Origin: a virus
Reading direction: 5' to 3' (one strand)
Virus record (IMG/VR): IMGVR_UViG_3300044971_004534
Length of the DNA: 64,000 bases
This document shows, piece after piece, positions 27,785 through 36,987 of this stretch. Numbering within the stretch: the first letter of the stretch is position 1; the number at the start of each line of letters is the position of its first letter. Under the pieces are notes generated by a model. That model was not told where the DNA came from, did no database searches, and saw only the letters and a program-made list of their open reading frames with translations. Position numbers and translations under genes: made by a program.

Positions 27785-28510
27785 ATGAATTTGTTAATTG
27801 GCATATTGCAATATAATAAATATAATGTTACGTTAAAATGTATAGAGTCTATAGAAGCTTTTACGGGCTCTGTAGACTATACAATTTATTTATTAGATAA
27901 TAATTCCTATGACGGAAGTTTTGATCACATCAAAAATACATGCTCGTCTAAAAACAATATTGTTTTAGAAAAAAGCGAAACCAATAAGGGTGTTATAGGT
28001 GGCAGAAACGCTATATTTGAATATTTTAATCTTCATCAAAATTATACTCATTTGTTATTTATTGATAACGATCAATTTGTAAAAGACAAATGGATTGATG
28101 GATACATTGAAATATTTAAGAAATCACCTAATGCTATATGTGGTATAGAAGCATGGATACTGTCTAGCAACTTTACTCCATTGAGAAAATGTTCAGAAAA
28201 AGATTTTGGTTTTTCTTATGTTGGTTGCGGTGGCATGATGGTGTCTAGAGAAGCTTTTAACTCTATAGGTAAATTTGACGATGATTTTAATCCGGCTTAC
28301 TTTGAAGATCCAGATTATTGCTTAAGAGCTTTCTTTGAAAAAATTCCTGTTATATGGAATAGGGTTTCAAGAATTGATCATCTTCCTCATCAAACGCTTG
28401 GTCAAAGATCATTAAAAGCTGGTTTATCTTTTAGAAAATCCTTAAATGCGTTCAGGCAAAAATGGAAAGGCAAGTTTGGTGGTGGTATTATTTTTAGAGA
28501 TAATTTATGA
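27785..28510 (+). CDS. Family 2 glycosyltransferase
   Basis: Motifs are YLLDNNSYDGS, LLFIDNDQFV (DxD), GGMMVSREAF and YFEDPDYCLRA. Confidence 0.8.
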   Translation: MNLLIGILQYNKYNVTLKCIESIEAFTGSVDYTIYLLDNNSYDGSFDHIKNTCSSKNNIVLEKSETNKGVIGGRNAIFEYFNLHQNYTHLLFIDNDQFVKDKWIDGYIEIFKKSPNAICGIEAWILSSNFTPLRKCSEKDFGFSYVGCGGMMVSREAFNSIGKFDDDFNPAYFEDPDYCLRAFFEKIPVIWNRVSRIDHLPHQTLGQRSLKAGLSFRKSLNAFRQKWKGKFGGGIIFRDNL

Positions 28511-29583
28511 AAAAAACTTGCATACTTTCTAACCATATATATCCATTTCATGTAGGCGGTTCTGAGATGGTTATAAAAAACGTAACAGAAAATCTTTTTG
28601 AAAAAGGTATTGTTGTAGACATTTTTGGGTGGGACGTTCCTCGTGATGATGTTGTAAATAATATTAAAATAAACAAAATGTCAATAGAAAGAATAAGAAG
28701 TATTCTTTCGACGTATGATAATATTATTGTATATAGCGATGCATTTATTAATTTAATTCATTTATTAAAAATGAATTCTATGTTCAATAAAAAAATTATT
28801 ATTTTTCCTGTTGGATTTACGGGCATAAAGTCAAGTTCTGCTTTAAAAGAAATGGTCATAAAAAATATTGATAAGTTACATTTTGTATGTCACGATTCAA
28901 GTTATGTAGATGCTAAATTTTTAAATGAGAATAGTATAACATACGACATAATTCCTAATGGGGTTTGCCAGAAAGAATTTAAATTTACTAATAAACTTTT
29001 GTCTAGTAATTTAAGGAAGAAAATTGTATGTGTTGCAAACACTTTTCCCAAAAAGGGACACGCAGAACTTTTGCAAGTTTGTGATTTGTTGTCTAAAGAA
29101 TTAGAATTAGAGCTTGAAGTATTTTGCCACACTCCATCTTGGGATGTTGGCAAGCGTCTTCAAAATCAATTGTTACAATTTTGTAAATCAAAAAATTATA
29201 AAGTAAGCTTCCAAATTGACAAATCTAGATCAGATATTATTAAAGGTTTGGAATCTAGTGATTTATTTTTGTTTTGTTCTTTAAAAGAAGTTGCACCTTT
29301 GTGCATTATTGAAAGTGCTGCTGCTGGTTTACCATGGATATCTTTTAATGTAGGAAATGTTAGCCAGGTAAAAGGTGGATTGGTAAATGAGTCGTGTCAA
29401 TATGATCAAGGTGGATACGTTATTCCAAGTCCATCTTTGATTGAATCTCATGCAAAATTGGCTGTAAATATTTTGAGCAATGAAGACACATATAATCAAA
29501 TGTCATTTGATGGAGTATGTTTTGCTAAGCAGTTTACTTGGCAAGTTATAGTGGAAAAGTATGCATCAATTATACAAAATTAA
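28507..29583 (+). CDS. GT-B (family 1/4-like) glycosyltransferase
   Basis: C-terminal EVAPLCIIESAAAGLPWIS is an E-x7-E type motif. ATGA overlap with the upstream gene. Confidence 0.7.
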   Translation: MKKTCILSNHIYPFHVGGSEMVIKNVTENLFEKGIVVDIFGWDVPRDDVVNNIKINKMSIERIRSILSTYDNIIVYSDAFINLIHLLKMNSMFNKKIIIFPVGFTGIKSSSALKEMVIKNIDKLHFVCHDSSYVDAKFLNENSITYDIIPNGVCQKEFKFTNKLLSSNLRKKIVCVANTFPKKGHAELLQVCDLLSKELELELEVFCHTPSWDVGKRLQNQLLQFCKSKNYKVSFQIDKSRSDIIKGLESSDLFLFCSLKEVAPLCIIESAAAGLPWISFNVGNVSQVKGGLVNESCQYDQGGYVIPSPSLIESHAKLAVNILSNEDTYNQMSFDGVCFAKQFTWQVIVEKYASIIQN

Positions 29584-30352
29584 ATCTAATTTAAAAAAAC
29601 AAGATCATGATGTATGCGTAATATGTTGTGCAAAAAATGGTGCTATATACGCAAAAGAATGTTTAGAGTCAATAGTAAATCAAAAATCTTGTAATTTTAA
29701 ATTGATGATTCTTGATGATGGTTCTGACGACAGTACTACTCAAGTCTGCCTTGACATATTGAGTAATGACTTAATTGATTACGAAATATATCGATCTCAT
29801 ATCAATATTGGTGTTCCTGCAGCAAGAAACGCTCTTATAAATATCTGCACATCAAAATATATAGCTATTCATGATATTGATGATATAATGATGCCTTTTA
29901 GATTATGTATTCAAAGCAATTTTTTAAACCAGTTTTTAGACATTGACTGTGTTGGTGGCCACGCTTATAAGATTAACGTGGATGGCGACTTCGTTGACAC
30001 AATGTCTTATCCTCCAAGAGATAATGCCGATATAGTTGATATGCTTCCTGGAAGGGTTAATCCGATGATTGATCCAACGATGATGATGCGACTTAGTTCT
30101 TTCAAAAAAATGAATGGCTATTCAGAAAATGAAAACTTGAGACTTGCTCAGGACTTTGATTTGTGGATTAGAATGTGCAAATCTGGCATGAAGCTGGCAA
30201 ACATTCAATCTTTTTTTACTCAATATAGAGTTTCAGATTCTAGTCTGACTGTATCAAAAAAGAATGAGATGATTAAAGCGCATGTGTATGTGCAGTCTGT
30301 GCACAGACCTTTTTTAGAAAATATTAGGAGAAACAATGGCAAAAGCAAATAG
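29561..30352 (+). CDS. Family 2 glycosyltransferase
   Basis: Motifs are VCVICCAKNGAIYAKECLESIVNQ, LMILDDGSDDST, IAIHDIDDIM and AQDFDLWIRM. Confidence 0.85.
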   Translation: MHQLYKIKSNLKKQDHDVCVICCAKNGAIYAKECLESIVNQKSCNFKLMILDDGSDDSTTQVCLDILSNDLIDYEIYRSHINIGVPAARNALINICTSKYIAIHDIDDIMMPFRLCIQSNFLNQFLDIDCVGGHAYKINVDGDFVDTMSYPPRDNADIVDMLPGRVNPMIDPTMMMRLSSFKKMNGYSENENLRLAQDFDLWIRMCKSGMKLANIQSFFTQYRVSDSSLTVSKKNEMIKAHVYVQSVHRPFLENIRRNNGKSK

Positions 30353-31556
30353 CAAAACAGCTGCCGATGGCGGATCTGAGAGTGGCTCTTGGAGTGTAGA
30401 AGATTTAGAGTATTTATATCTTGCTAAGATGCAGGGGGTTCCCTATGCGGTGATCGCAGAAGAGCTGAAAAGGTCTGTAGAAGCTTGCAAGAGCAAATGG
30501 CTTAAGCACGACTGGGATTCATCTGGCATAGCTGACATTGTTCTTGAAAGAAATGCAAAAGCAAAAAGAGCAGCATTTGAACAAAAGCATATGAAGTCTG
30601 TTGAAGATAGGCTTAGTATGTATAGAATGCGATACGACATTATTGCAGATCGCATGGAAAAGGCAATAGATAAATTGCCAGAAATTAAAAGATGCAATTG
30701 GAATCCCCCAAAGAGAAAGGTTCATCGTGGAGAAGAGCATGTTGGGCTGATACTGAGCGACCTTCATATTGGGCATTCACACTCAATGGAAGAGACTGGA
30801 GGGTTATCTGAATATAATCTAGATATATTTATTAAAAGACTTCACTCTTTGCAGAAAAGTGTTTCTGATATTTATGAGCTTCATAGTTATCTTTATGAAT
30901 TGCCAACTTTACACATATTTTGTCTTGGTGATATCGTAGATGGAAGCAATGCTGCAGGTGCTTGGTCTCCAGTCTATATTGATACGCCAGTTTATGACCA
31001 GTTGATGCTTGGGTTTGAGCACTTGTCTCAAAGCATACAGTATCTTTTGACAATTTTTAAGAACATTAAATTCTATGGAGTTCGAGGAAATCACGGACGC
31101 ATTGCACCAAATGGTGTTGAAAAAGATTATGCAAACTGGGACAATGTAATATATCACATGTTGCGTGTCAAATTTGCAGATAATCCGCGTATCGAATTTA
31201 ATATACCAAAAACTTGGTGGATTATGGAAAACATAAAAGAGCACAATTTCTTATTAGTTCACGGCGACGATGTAAGAGGTAGTGGAAATGCTATTAAAAA
31301 TCTTGAAAGATTTTCTGCCAGTATGTCTGGCATGCTAAAAGCAAGGCCTGATTACACAATATGTGGTCACTTTCACGAATCTACCGAATTGACTTCTAAC
31401 TTTGGCAAAATGATCATAAATGGTTCTTTTGTCGGTGCTGACGTATATGCCATAAAAAACCTACATAAGTATAGCAGGCCAGAACAGAAGATTTTTGGTA
31501 TTAATAATAGTCATGGAGTGACATGGCGTTATGATCTTGACTTGGGACACATGTAA
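30336..31556 (+). CDS. Myb/SANT-like N-terminal domain fused to a calcineurin-type metallophosphoesterase (SbcD/Mre11-like motif set)
   Basis: The N-terminus is WSVEDLEYLYLAKMQGVPYAVIAEELKRSVEACKSKWLKHDW. The phosphoesterase motifs are SDLHIGH, LGDIVDG, RGNHG, LVHGDD and CGHFHE. Confidence 0.7.
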   Translation: MAKANSKTAADGGSESGSWSVEDLEYLYLAKMQGVPYAVIAEELKRSVEACKSKWLKHDWDSSGIADIVLERNAKAKRAAFEQKHMKSVEDRLSMYRMRYDIIADRMEKAIDKLPEIKRCNWNPPKRKVHRGEEHVGLILSDLHIGHSHSMEETGGLSEYNLDIFIKRLHSLQKSVSDIYELHSYLYELPTLHIFCLGDIVDGSNAAGAWSPVYIDTPVYDQLMLGFEHLSQSIQYLLTIFKNIKFYGVRGNHGRIAPNGVEKDYANWDNVIYHMLRVKFADNPRIEFNIPKTWWIMENIKEHNFLLVHGDDVRGSGNAIKNLERFSASMSGMLKARPDYTICGHFHESTELTSNFGKMIINGSFVGADVYAIKNLHKYSRPEQKIFGINNSHGVTWRYDLDLGHM

Positions 31557-32017
31557 TGTTAAACATACCTGATTGGGCTCACAATTTTATGAAAAAAAGG
31601 GAATGTCCCCATTGCTCTAATTCAATGAGGGATGCTACAATAGTCCAAGTTGGCATAAAGATGCAGGACAAAAAGCCTTGCTTGTTTTACGAAAGCAAGT
31701 GCAAGTTTTGTAATAAAGTTTCTCATACCACAATTTATACAGATGCAAACCTTTCTGCATATCAATTAGCTGCAGAGATTCTCAATAGTTTTGACGAAGA
31801 CTCTTTAGTTGTTGAACACTCAAAGGTGGGATCTGCTAAAAAGAAAAAAAGTAAAATGGCAGGTTTTGAAAAAGACTTTTTAAAGTTAAAAAGTTTTATG
31901 AAAAATAATGACAATTACTTAGAATTTTTAAAATACGTAGGTTTAACAGACGCAGAAATAGAAATGTATGCAAGATGGGACAATAACGAAAATGAAGACA
32001 AAGATATCTCTAAATAA
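31556..32017 (+). CDS. Zinc-ribbon protein, function unknown
   Basis: CPHC...CKFC four-Cys arrangement. The start overlaps the upstream stop. Confidence 0.6.
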   Translation: MLNIPDWAHNFMKKRECPHCSNSMRDATIVQVGIKMQDKKPCLFYESKCKFCNKVSHTTIYTDANLSAYQLAAEILNSFDEDSLVVEHSKVGSAKKKKSKMAGFEKDFLKLKSFMKNNDNYLEFLKYVGLTDAEIEMYARWDNNENEDKDISK

Positions 32018-32996
32018 TTTTGTATTGCCTTACTTTATTATAAAATCTGCATGCAGAGATTATGGACTATATCCATTTGATATATTTATTAATATTTGCG
32101 ATAAGGATATGCCAGACGCAAGTCCTGTGCAATTTAATATTAATCAAGGCATGTCTAGAAAGCAAATCAATTTAACTATACTTAATAAGTATTTTACAAA
32201 TTTTAAATCATTACATGGTGTGGATCTAGACGCTTCTGTAGTCGTTAATGGATTAAGTTCTTGCTCTATACTTAGTGATTTGTATTTTAATAATAGTCAA
32301 TTTAATATTCCTAATGCTAATACAAATGGTCAAAATTTTCCTTATTATGTAATATCAACTAAAAATATTATATTCCCTTATTATAATATAGATCATTTAG
32401 ATTTAAATATTTATTGCCAATCAGACAGCTGCCACGATTTTTCATTTAATGAAAATGAATTAAGTATTGGTATTAAAAATTTAAAAACAGAATTTAGAGA
32501 CGCTTTTATACTAATATTGTCTGACTATGTTTTTAGAAACCAAAAGAAAAATTCTTCTGGTTTTATAAAAGAAGCGTTAAACAGTCCAGATATTATGCGC
32601 ATGCTTTATCCTTTTACTGTGTCTTATTTTAATGATGATATGATAAAGTCAGATGCTTTTATAGGTCTTTTGCAAATGTACTCGGACACAGTCGCAGGAA
32701 AACATTGGTTTGATTCTACTGTTTCTCCAATCAAAACGGCAAGAATGAACATGGATGGCAACTTTTGGATTTATGGATTAATAGAAAAAATGTTAGCACC
32801 GGCAAGAGGTCCAGATTTTAGTGTTACTAAAAAATGGGCTCCAATTACTAACATGATTTGGGAAAATATTGAAAGCGCTAGAAAACAGTCTGGTCTTTCT
32901 GGTGCTAGCTTAGAGTTTATGCTGAGAGTCAAGGATCATGGATCGTCCGATGACAGTATTGTCATACAGAAAATGATAGAGGAACTAAGGCCATGA
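31992..32996 (+). CDS. Hypothetical protein
   Basis: Long ORF. I prefer the internal ATG at 31992 over 31968 because it shortens the overlap. No motif recognised. Confidence 0.6.
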   Translation: MKTKISLNNFVLPYFIIKSACRDYGLYPFDIFINICDKDMPDASPVQFNINQGMSRKQINLTILNKYFTNFKSLHGVDLDASVVVNGLSSCSILSDLYFNNSQFNIPNANTNGQNFPYYVISTKNIIFPYYNIDHLDLNIYCQSDSCHDFSFNENELSIGIKNLKTEFRDAFILILSDYVFRNQKKNSSGFIKEALNSPDIMRMLYPFTVSYFNDDMIKSDAFIGLLQMYSDTVAGKHWFDSTVSPIKTARMNMDGNFWIYGLIEKMLAPARGPDFSVTKKWAPITNMIWENIESARKQSGLSGASLEFMLRVKDHGSSDDSIVIQKMIEELRP

Positions 32997-33181
32997 AAAA
33001 AGAAGAGATTGAATTTGAATTAGAAAATTTAAAAAAAATTCTGCAGAAGATGGATACTATTATAAGTTTTAACATTTCTGGAAAATTTATTTTGTCCCAT
33101 GAAAAAATCATAGGGGTTAGACAGATGGTTCTTAATAGCACCTTGAGATTAAAAGATCATTTGGAAAAATCAGATGGCTAA
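32993..33181 (+). CDS. Small hypothetical protein (62 aa)
   Basis: ATGA-coupled to the upstream gene and fills an otherwise empty gap. Confidence 0.45.
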   Translation: MKKEEIEFELENLKKILQKMDTIISFNISGKFILSHEKIIGVRQMVLNSTLRLKDHLEKSDG

Positions 33182-33398
33182 AAATAGAACTTCTGGACCA
33201 GTAGAAGGTTTTGGAGATGCAGGTTTGCCAAAAGCAAATAAAAATTTTTCATATCCATCTTTAGAGCTTAGTGGAATGGATATTAAGATTGATAAAAATA
33301 ACAGAATGGGCAAAAGAAGAATATACCAACTTGGCACATGGATGCCGTGCCAGGAAAATGACGATGAATGCAAAGATGATACAACTGAAAGTAGATAA
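33174..33398 (+). CDS. Small hypothetical protein (74 aa)
   Basis: ORF that fills the gap before the helicase gene. No motif recognised. Confidence 0.4.
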   Translation: MAKNRTSGPVEGFGDAGLPKANKNFSYPSLELSGMDIKIDKNNRMGKRRIYQLGTWMPCQENDDECKDDTTESR

Positions 33399-34875
33399 CG
33401 TTGTTACTTATATAAGTCCACCTTTGTCTGGACAAACCTACGCTGAATTTAAAAAGAAACTTGGATACAAGCCACAAGATTCAGTATGGATGTCTAATGC
33501 AAATCCTCACTGGGATGGCTGGATTACTACAGTTTGTTACGGATCAGGCAAGTGCAGGTGTCCAAACAAAAAATCTGAAATGCATTTTCCAACTGGCTTG
33601 CTTTCTCATGCTCGAGAGTTTTTTGCTTCTAAAGAAATAGAATACGAAATTGTAGATTGTAGAGCACAAATTGATGATTTACGTCCTTTAGATTTAAGCA
33701 ATGCTTATGTTCTTAGAGATTACCAGGAAGAAGCTATATCTAACGCTATTAAAAAGCAAAGAGGCATAATAAAGGCTGCAACTGGTGCTGGTAAAACAGT
33801 AATAGCTGGATCTATCATAGCAAAAGTCGGAGCATTTCCTACATGTTTTTTTGTTACCACTAAAGATCTTTTGCATCAGGCCAAAGAAGAATTAGAAAAA
33901 CTTATACTAGAAAACGGCAAACCTGTAAAGGTCGGGATGGTTGGTGCTGGAAGATGTGAAATAGAAGACATCAATGTTGTCACTGTGCAAACTGCAGTAA
34001 GGGCTTTTGGTTTAAAATATCAGCAGTTTGATGACGAGGAAGATGACGATGGTTCTGAATTTATTGATAAAGATGAATCAAAGCGTCAGGCCATAAAGTC
34101 TTTAATCAATAATTCAAAAATGATTATATGTGATGAAGTTCAGCATTGGGCTGCATCAACATGTCAAATTATTAGTGATCACTGTAAATCTGCTCGCTAC
34201 AGGTATGGTGTTTCTGCTACTCCATGGAGAGACATGGACGATGATTTACTAATTGATGCTTGTTTTGGTAAGATAATTTCAGAGATAAGTGCAAGTAAAT
34301 TAATAGAAAAAAAAGTTTTAGTACCACCTAAAATATATTTTGTTCATATTAAAAATAAATTTGGTGGAACGTATGCAGAAGTTTACAAAAGGGGCATAGT
34401 TGAAAATACTTATAGAAATACTATTATAAAAAATTTAGCTGAGGACATGGTTGCTGATGGTAGGCAGACTCTTATTTTAGTAAGGCATGTTGCCCATGGA
34501 GAAATCCTGCAGGACATGATTCCTAATTCAATATTTTTGCATGGTTCTATTGCAAGTAAAAGTAGGCAGAACGCAATTAATATGATGAAGAAGGGTAAGC
34601 ACAGGTGCATAATAGCCTCATCAATATTTGATGAGGGCGTTGACGTAAGGCCTTTAAGCGCACTTATACTTGCTGGTTCTGGCAAAAGTCAAACTAGAGC
34701 TCTTCAAAGAATAGGAAGGGTAATTAGGTCGTATGAGGGTAAAAATGATGCTATCATTATTGATTTTTTTGATGACATGAAATACATGAGAAAACATAGT
34801 CAGGCAAGAAGAAAAATGTATAAAACTGAACCAAAGTTTGAGATCTCTGACATTGAGATGGATACTAATGGGTAG
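33376..34875 (+). CDS. uvsW: UvsW-like SF2 DNA helicase
   Basis: The N-terminal domain (HWDGWITTV..FPTGLLSHAREFF) is laid out as in T4 UvsW. Helicase motifs are YQEEAI, ATGAGKT, ICDEVQH, SATPWR and QRIGRVIR. I chose the start at MIQLKVDN; 33271 and 33358 are also possible. Confidence 0.7.
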   Translation: MIQLKVDNVVTYISPPLSGQTYAEFKKKLGYKPQDSVWMSNANPHWDGWITTVCYGSGKCRCPNKKSEMHFPTGLLSHAREFFASKEIEYEIVDCRAQIDDLRPLDLSNAYVLRDYQEEAISNAIKKQRGIIKAATGAGKTVIAGSIIAKVGAFPTCFFVTTKDLLHQAKEELEKLILENGKPVKVGMVGAGRCEIEDINVVTVQTAVRAFGLKYQQFDDEEDDDGSEFIDKDESKRQAIKSLINNSKMIICDEVQHWAASTCQIISDHCKSARYRYGVSATPWRDMDDDLLIDACFGKIISEISASKLIEKKVLVPPKIYFVHIKNKFGGTYAEVYKRGIVENTYRNTIIKNLAEDMVADGRQTLILVRHVAHGEILQDMIPNSIFLHGSIASKSRQNAINMMKKGKHRCIIASSIFDEGVDVRPLSALILAGSGKSQTRALQRIGRVIRSYEGKNDAIIIDFFDDMKYMRKHSQARRKMYKTEPKFEISDIEMDTNG

Positions 34876-34876
34876 G

Positions 34877-35716
34877 ATGAATAAGTTAGCTATAAGCGAC
34901 GCCATCAAGAAGGCAAGAAAAGAAGTAGACGGTGTAACTGTCGAAATAAAAAAAGAAGTTTCTTTTCAAGAAAATTGTGATCTTTTTCCTTCAGAAACTT
35001 TTAAGATTGCTAATGCAGATTGGTTTGACGAAAGAGTAGTTGGTGCTTTTAGGGCAAAAAGCATTGTTGATTGGAACAAGAAAGACTTTCTTGATTTTGT
35101 TAAGCATCTTTATTTTCAAAAATTTGCATGTACTCCGACAATACCGCCAGCACATGGTTATATGTATTTGAATGTAATAGAAGAAATATGCGTAAACAAC
35201 TTTCCAGAGTCTCAAATTAAAATGTTAAAGGCAAGATATATATCTTGGTACTTTGAGAATCAAATACTAAAAGACACTATTAAGTACAGAACTTGGAACA
35301 TTAAAAAGATGGTCCATCCAAAAGTAGTTGCTGCATTTATTATGCATTTTTCAGGCTCTGCATCTGACTCAGTTGATTCTATCAAAAAAAGCAATCGATT
35401 ACCAGTTAATGAAAGTCTTTTAGAGCTTTATTTTAGGGGAGATGCTGCAGAGTTCATTCGTTGTTATGGGGTAATTATTCCATTCGCATTTTTGTTCTAT
35501 TCTAAAAAGTTTTCTTGGGAAGATTCTTTAGAATATGTTGCTGCTGCAATAGCAGATTTGGTTTTAAGTAAAAATATTAAGGATACTGTATTGCGTAAAG
35601 TAACAGAGCAGTATGGTCCTTACAATAGTCGTTTTGACAAAATAGCGCCTGAGCGTTTGTTTGTTGCGTTGACAGACAAAACTGGCGTCAACTTTATAGG
35701 AGTAAAGATAAAATAA
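34877..35716 (+). CDS. Hypothetical protein
   Basis: Long ORF. The ATG at 34877 lies just after the helicase stop. No motif recognised. Confidence 0.6.
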   Translation: MNKLAISDAIKKARKEVDGVTVEIKKEVSFQENCDLFPSETFKIANADWFDERVVGAFRAKSIVDWNKKDFLDFVKHLYFQKFACTPTIPPAHGYMYLNVIEEICVNNFPESQIKMLKARYISWYFENQILKDTIKYRTWNIKKMVHPKVVAAFIMHFSGSASDSVDSIKKSNRLPVNESLLELYFRGDAAEFIRCYGVIIPFAFLFYSKKFSWEDSLEYVAAAIADLVLSKNIKDTVLRKVTEQYGPYNSRFDKIAPERLFVALTDKTGVNFIGVKIK

Positions 35717-36210
35717 TGAGTTCCTTAGCTCAAAAGTATCCGGTTAATTTTCACATTCGTGCCTCTTTTGTTCATTTGATTGATGAGTCTGGTAGGTCTT
35801 GCGGTTCTGTTCATATTGATGACGCCCTAAGAAGGGCAAGAGACGCTGGTTTGGATCTAGTGCAGGTTTCTATGGATTCAAATAAGCCAACTTGTAAGAT
35901 CATGGATTTTGGTAAGTTTAAGTATGAACTTTCCAAGCAAAAGCAGTCTTCTACTCATAAAACAAAAGAACTTTTTATTACTGCTCATATTGGAAAGCAC
36001 GACTTAGATACTAAAGTTAACAAGTTGAAGGAATTTGTTTCTAAAAAATACTCTGTTCTTTTTGGAGTTAAATTTAAGACGAAAAAAGAAAAGTCAAATG
36101 TTGAGCCATTAAAGCAGATGATAGTTCAGTGTCTTAGTAATGCTGGAGTCAATGCTGATAATGTTGAATTTCAGTATGCACCTGATAAGATTACAGTGTT
36201 TATAAAATGA
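35716..36210 (+). CDS. infC: Translation initiation factor IF-3 homologue (both domains)
   Basis: VNFHIRASFVHLIDESGRSCGSVHIDDALRRARDAGLDLVQVSMDSNKPTCKIMDFGKFKYELSK aligns with the bacterial IF-3 N-domain and linker (INGEIR..VRL....G....ALE.AEEAGVDLVEIS....PVCRIMDYGKF.YE.SK). A C-domain-sized remainder follows. Confidence 0.85.
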   Translation: MSSLAQKYPVNFHIRASFVHLIDESGRSCGSVHIDDALRRARDAGLDLVQVSMDSNKPTCKIMDFGKFKYELSKQKQSSTHKTKELFITAHIGKHDLDTKVNKLKEFVSKKYSVLFGVKFKTKKEKSNVEPLKQMIVQCLSNAGVNADNVEFQYAPDKITVFIK

Positions 36211-36986
36211 GTGAAATTGAAAATACATACAATAAAAAACTTGCAGAATTGCGCCAGAAATGTGGAGTATATCGTCCTGATGAAAAACGATGTCCAGCAG
36301 CAAGATGCATATGTTCTTCTATGGCAGAATGTATGGCCTATCACAGCAGTGTTTTGCCACATGGGTATGTAGATGTAGAAATTTCTTCTTTTAATGGTCA
36401 CGTGAACGGCAATAGAACTGTTGACAATCATGTTGTGGCAACTGCTATCACAAAGGTTATGAGCTATTGCTTTGGTGATCATAAGATCAAGACTGATGCT
36501 TCAAGATATGAGCTATACAAAGCTTCGGTAATGGACGAAAGATTTGCTTCAGGTACTAATTTAGTTATACACGGAGAGAGCAAGTCTGCAAATAAAAACA
36601 AGCTTGGAAAGACTATGCTTGCATCTATTGTTGTAAAAGAAGCAATTTGGAGAAGAATGTTTAAAGACAATAAGGCATATACATATATGTTTAAAAGTTG
36701 TGCTGAGATTATTGATGATATTATATCAAAAAGATCTGTAGATGCCCAAGTGAACTCTTTTAATGCAGATTGGCTTTGTATAGATGATATATTTTTGTCT
36801 AACAGGCAATCTCAGGGTCACATACTGGATCAAATCATGTCAGTACGACTGCGTGAAAATTTGCCTTCTATACTAGTTATTCAGTTTGATCCTTTTAAAA
36901 TTAATAATCCAGAAGAATCACTTGGCAACCATGTGATGAAGATGCTATCCGATAAATCAAATACGTTTGTAGTCTCACTGGGTTAA
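36207..36986 (+). CDS. DnaC/IstB-like AAA+ helicase-loader candidate with an interrupted P-loop
   Basis: LVIHGESKSANKNKLGKTMLA is a Walker A with an insertion. WLCIDDIF is Walker-B-like. The gene sits immediately upstream of dnaB. Confidence 0.45.
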   Translation: MSEIENTYNKKLAELRQKCGVYRPDEKRCPAARCICSSMAECMAYHSSVLPHGYVDVEISSFNGHVNGNRTVDNHVVATAITKVMSYCFGDHKIKTDASRYELYKASVMDERFASGTNLVIHGESKSANKNKLGKTMLASIVVKEAIWRRMFKDNKAYTYMFKSCAEIIDDIISKRSVDAQVNSFNADWLCIDDIFLSNRQSQGHILDQIMSVRLRENLPSILVIQFDPFKINNPEESLGNHVMKMLSDKSNTFVVSLG

Positions 36987-36987
36987 T

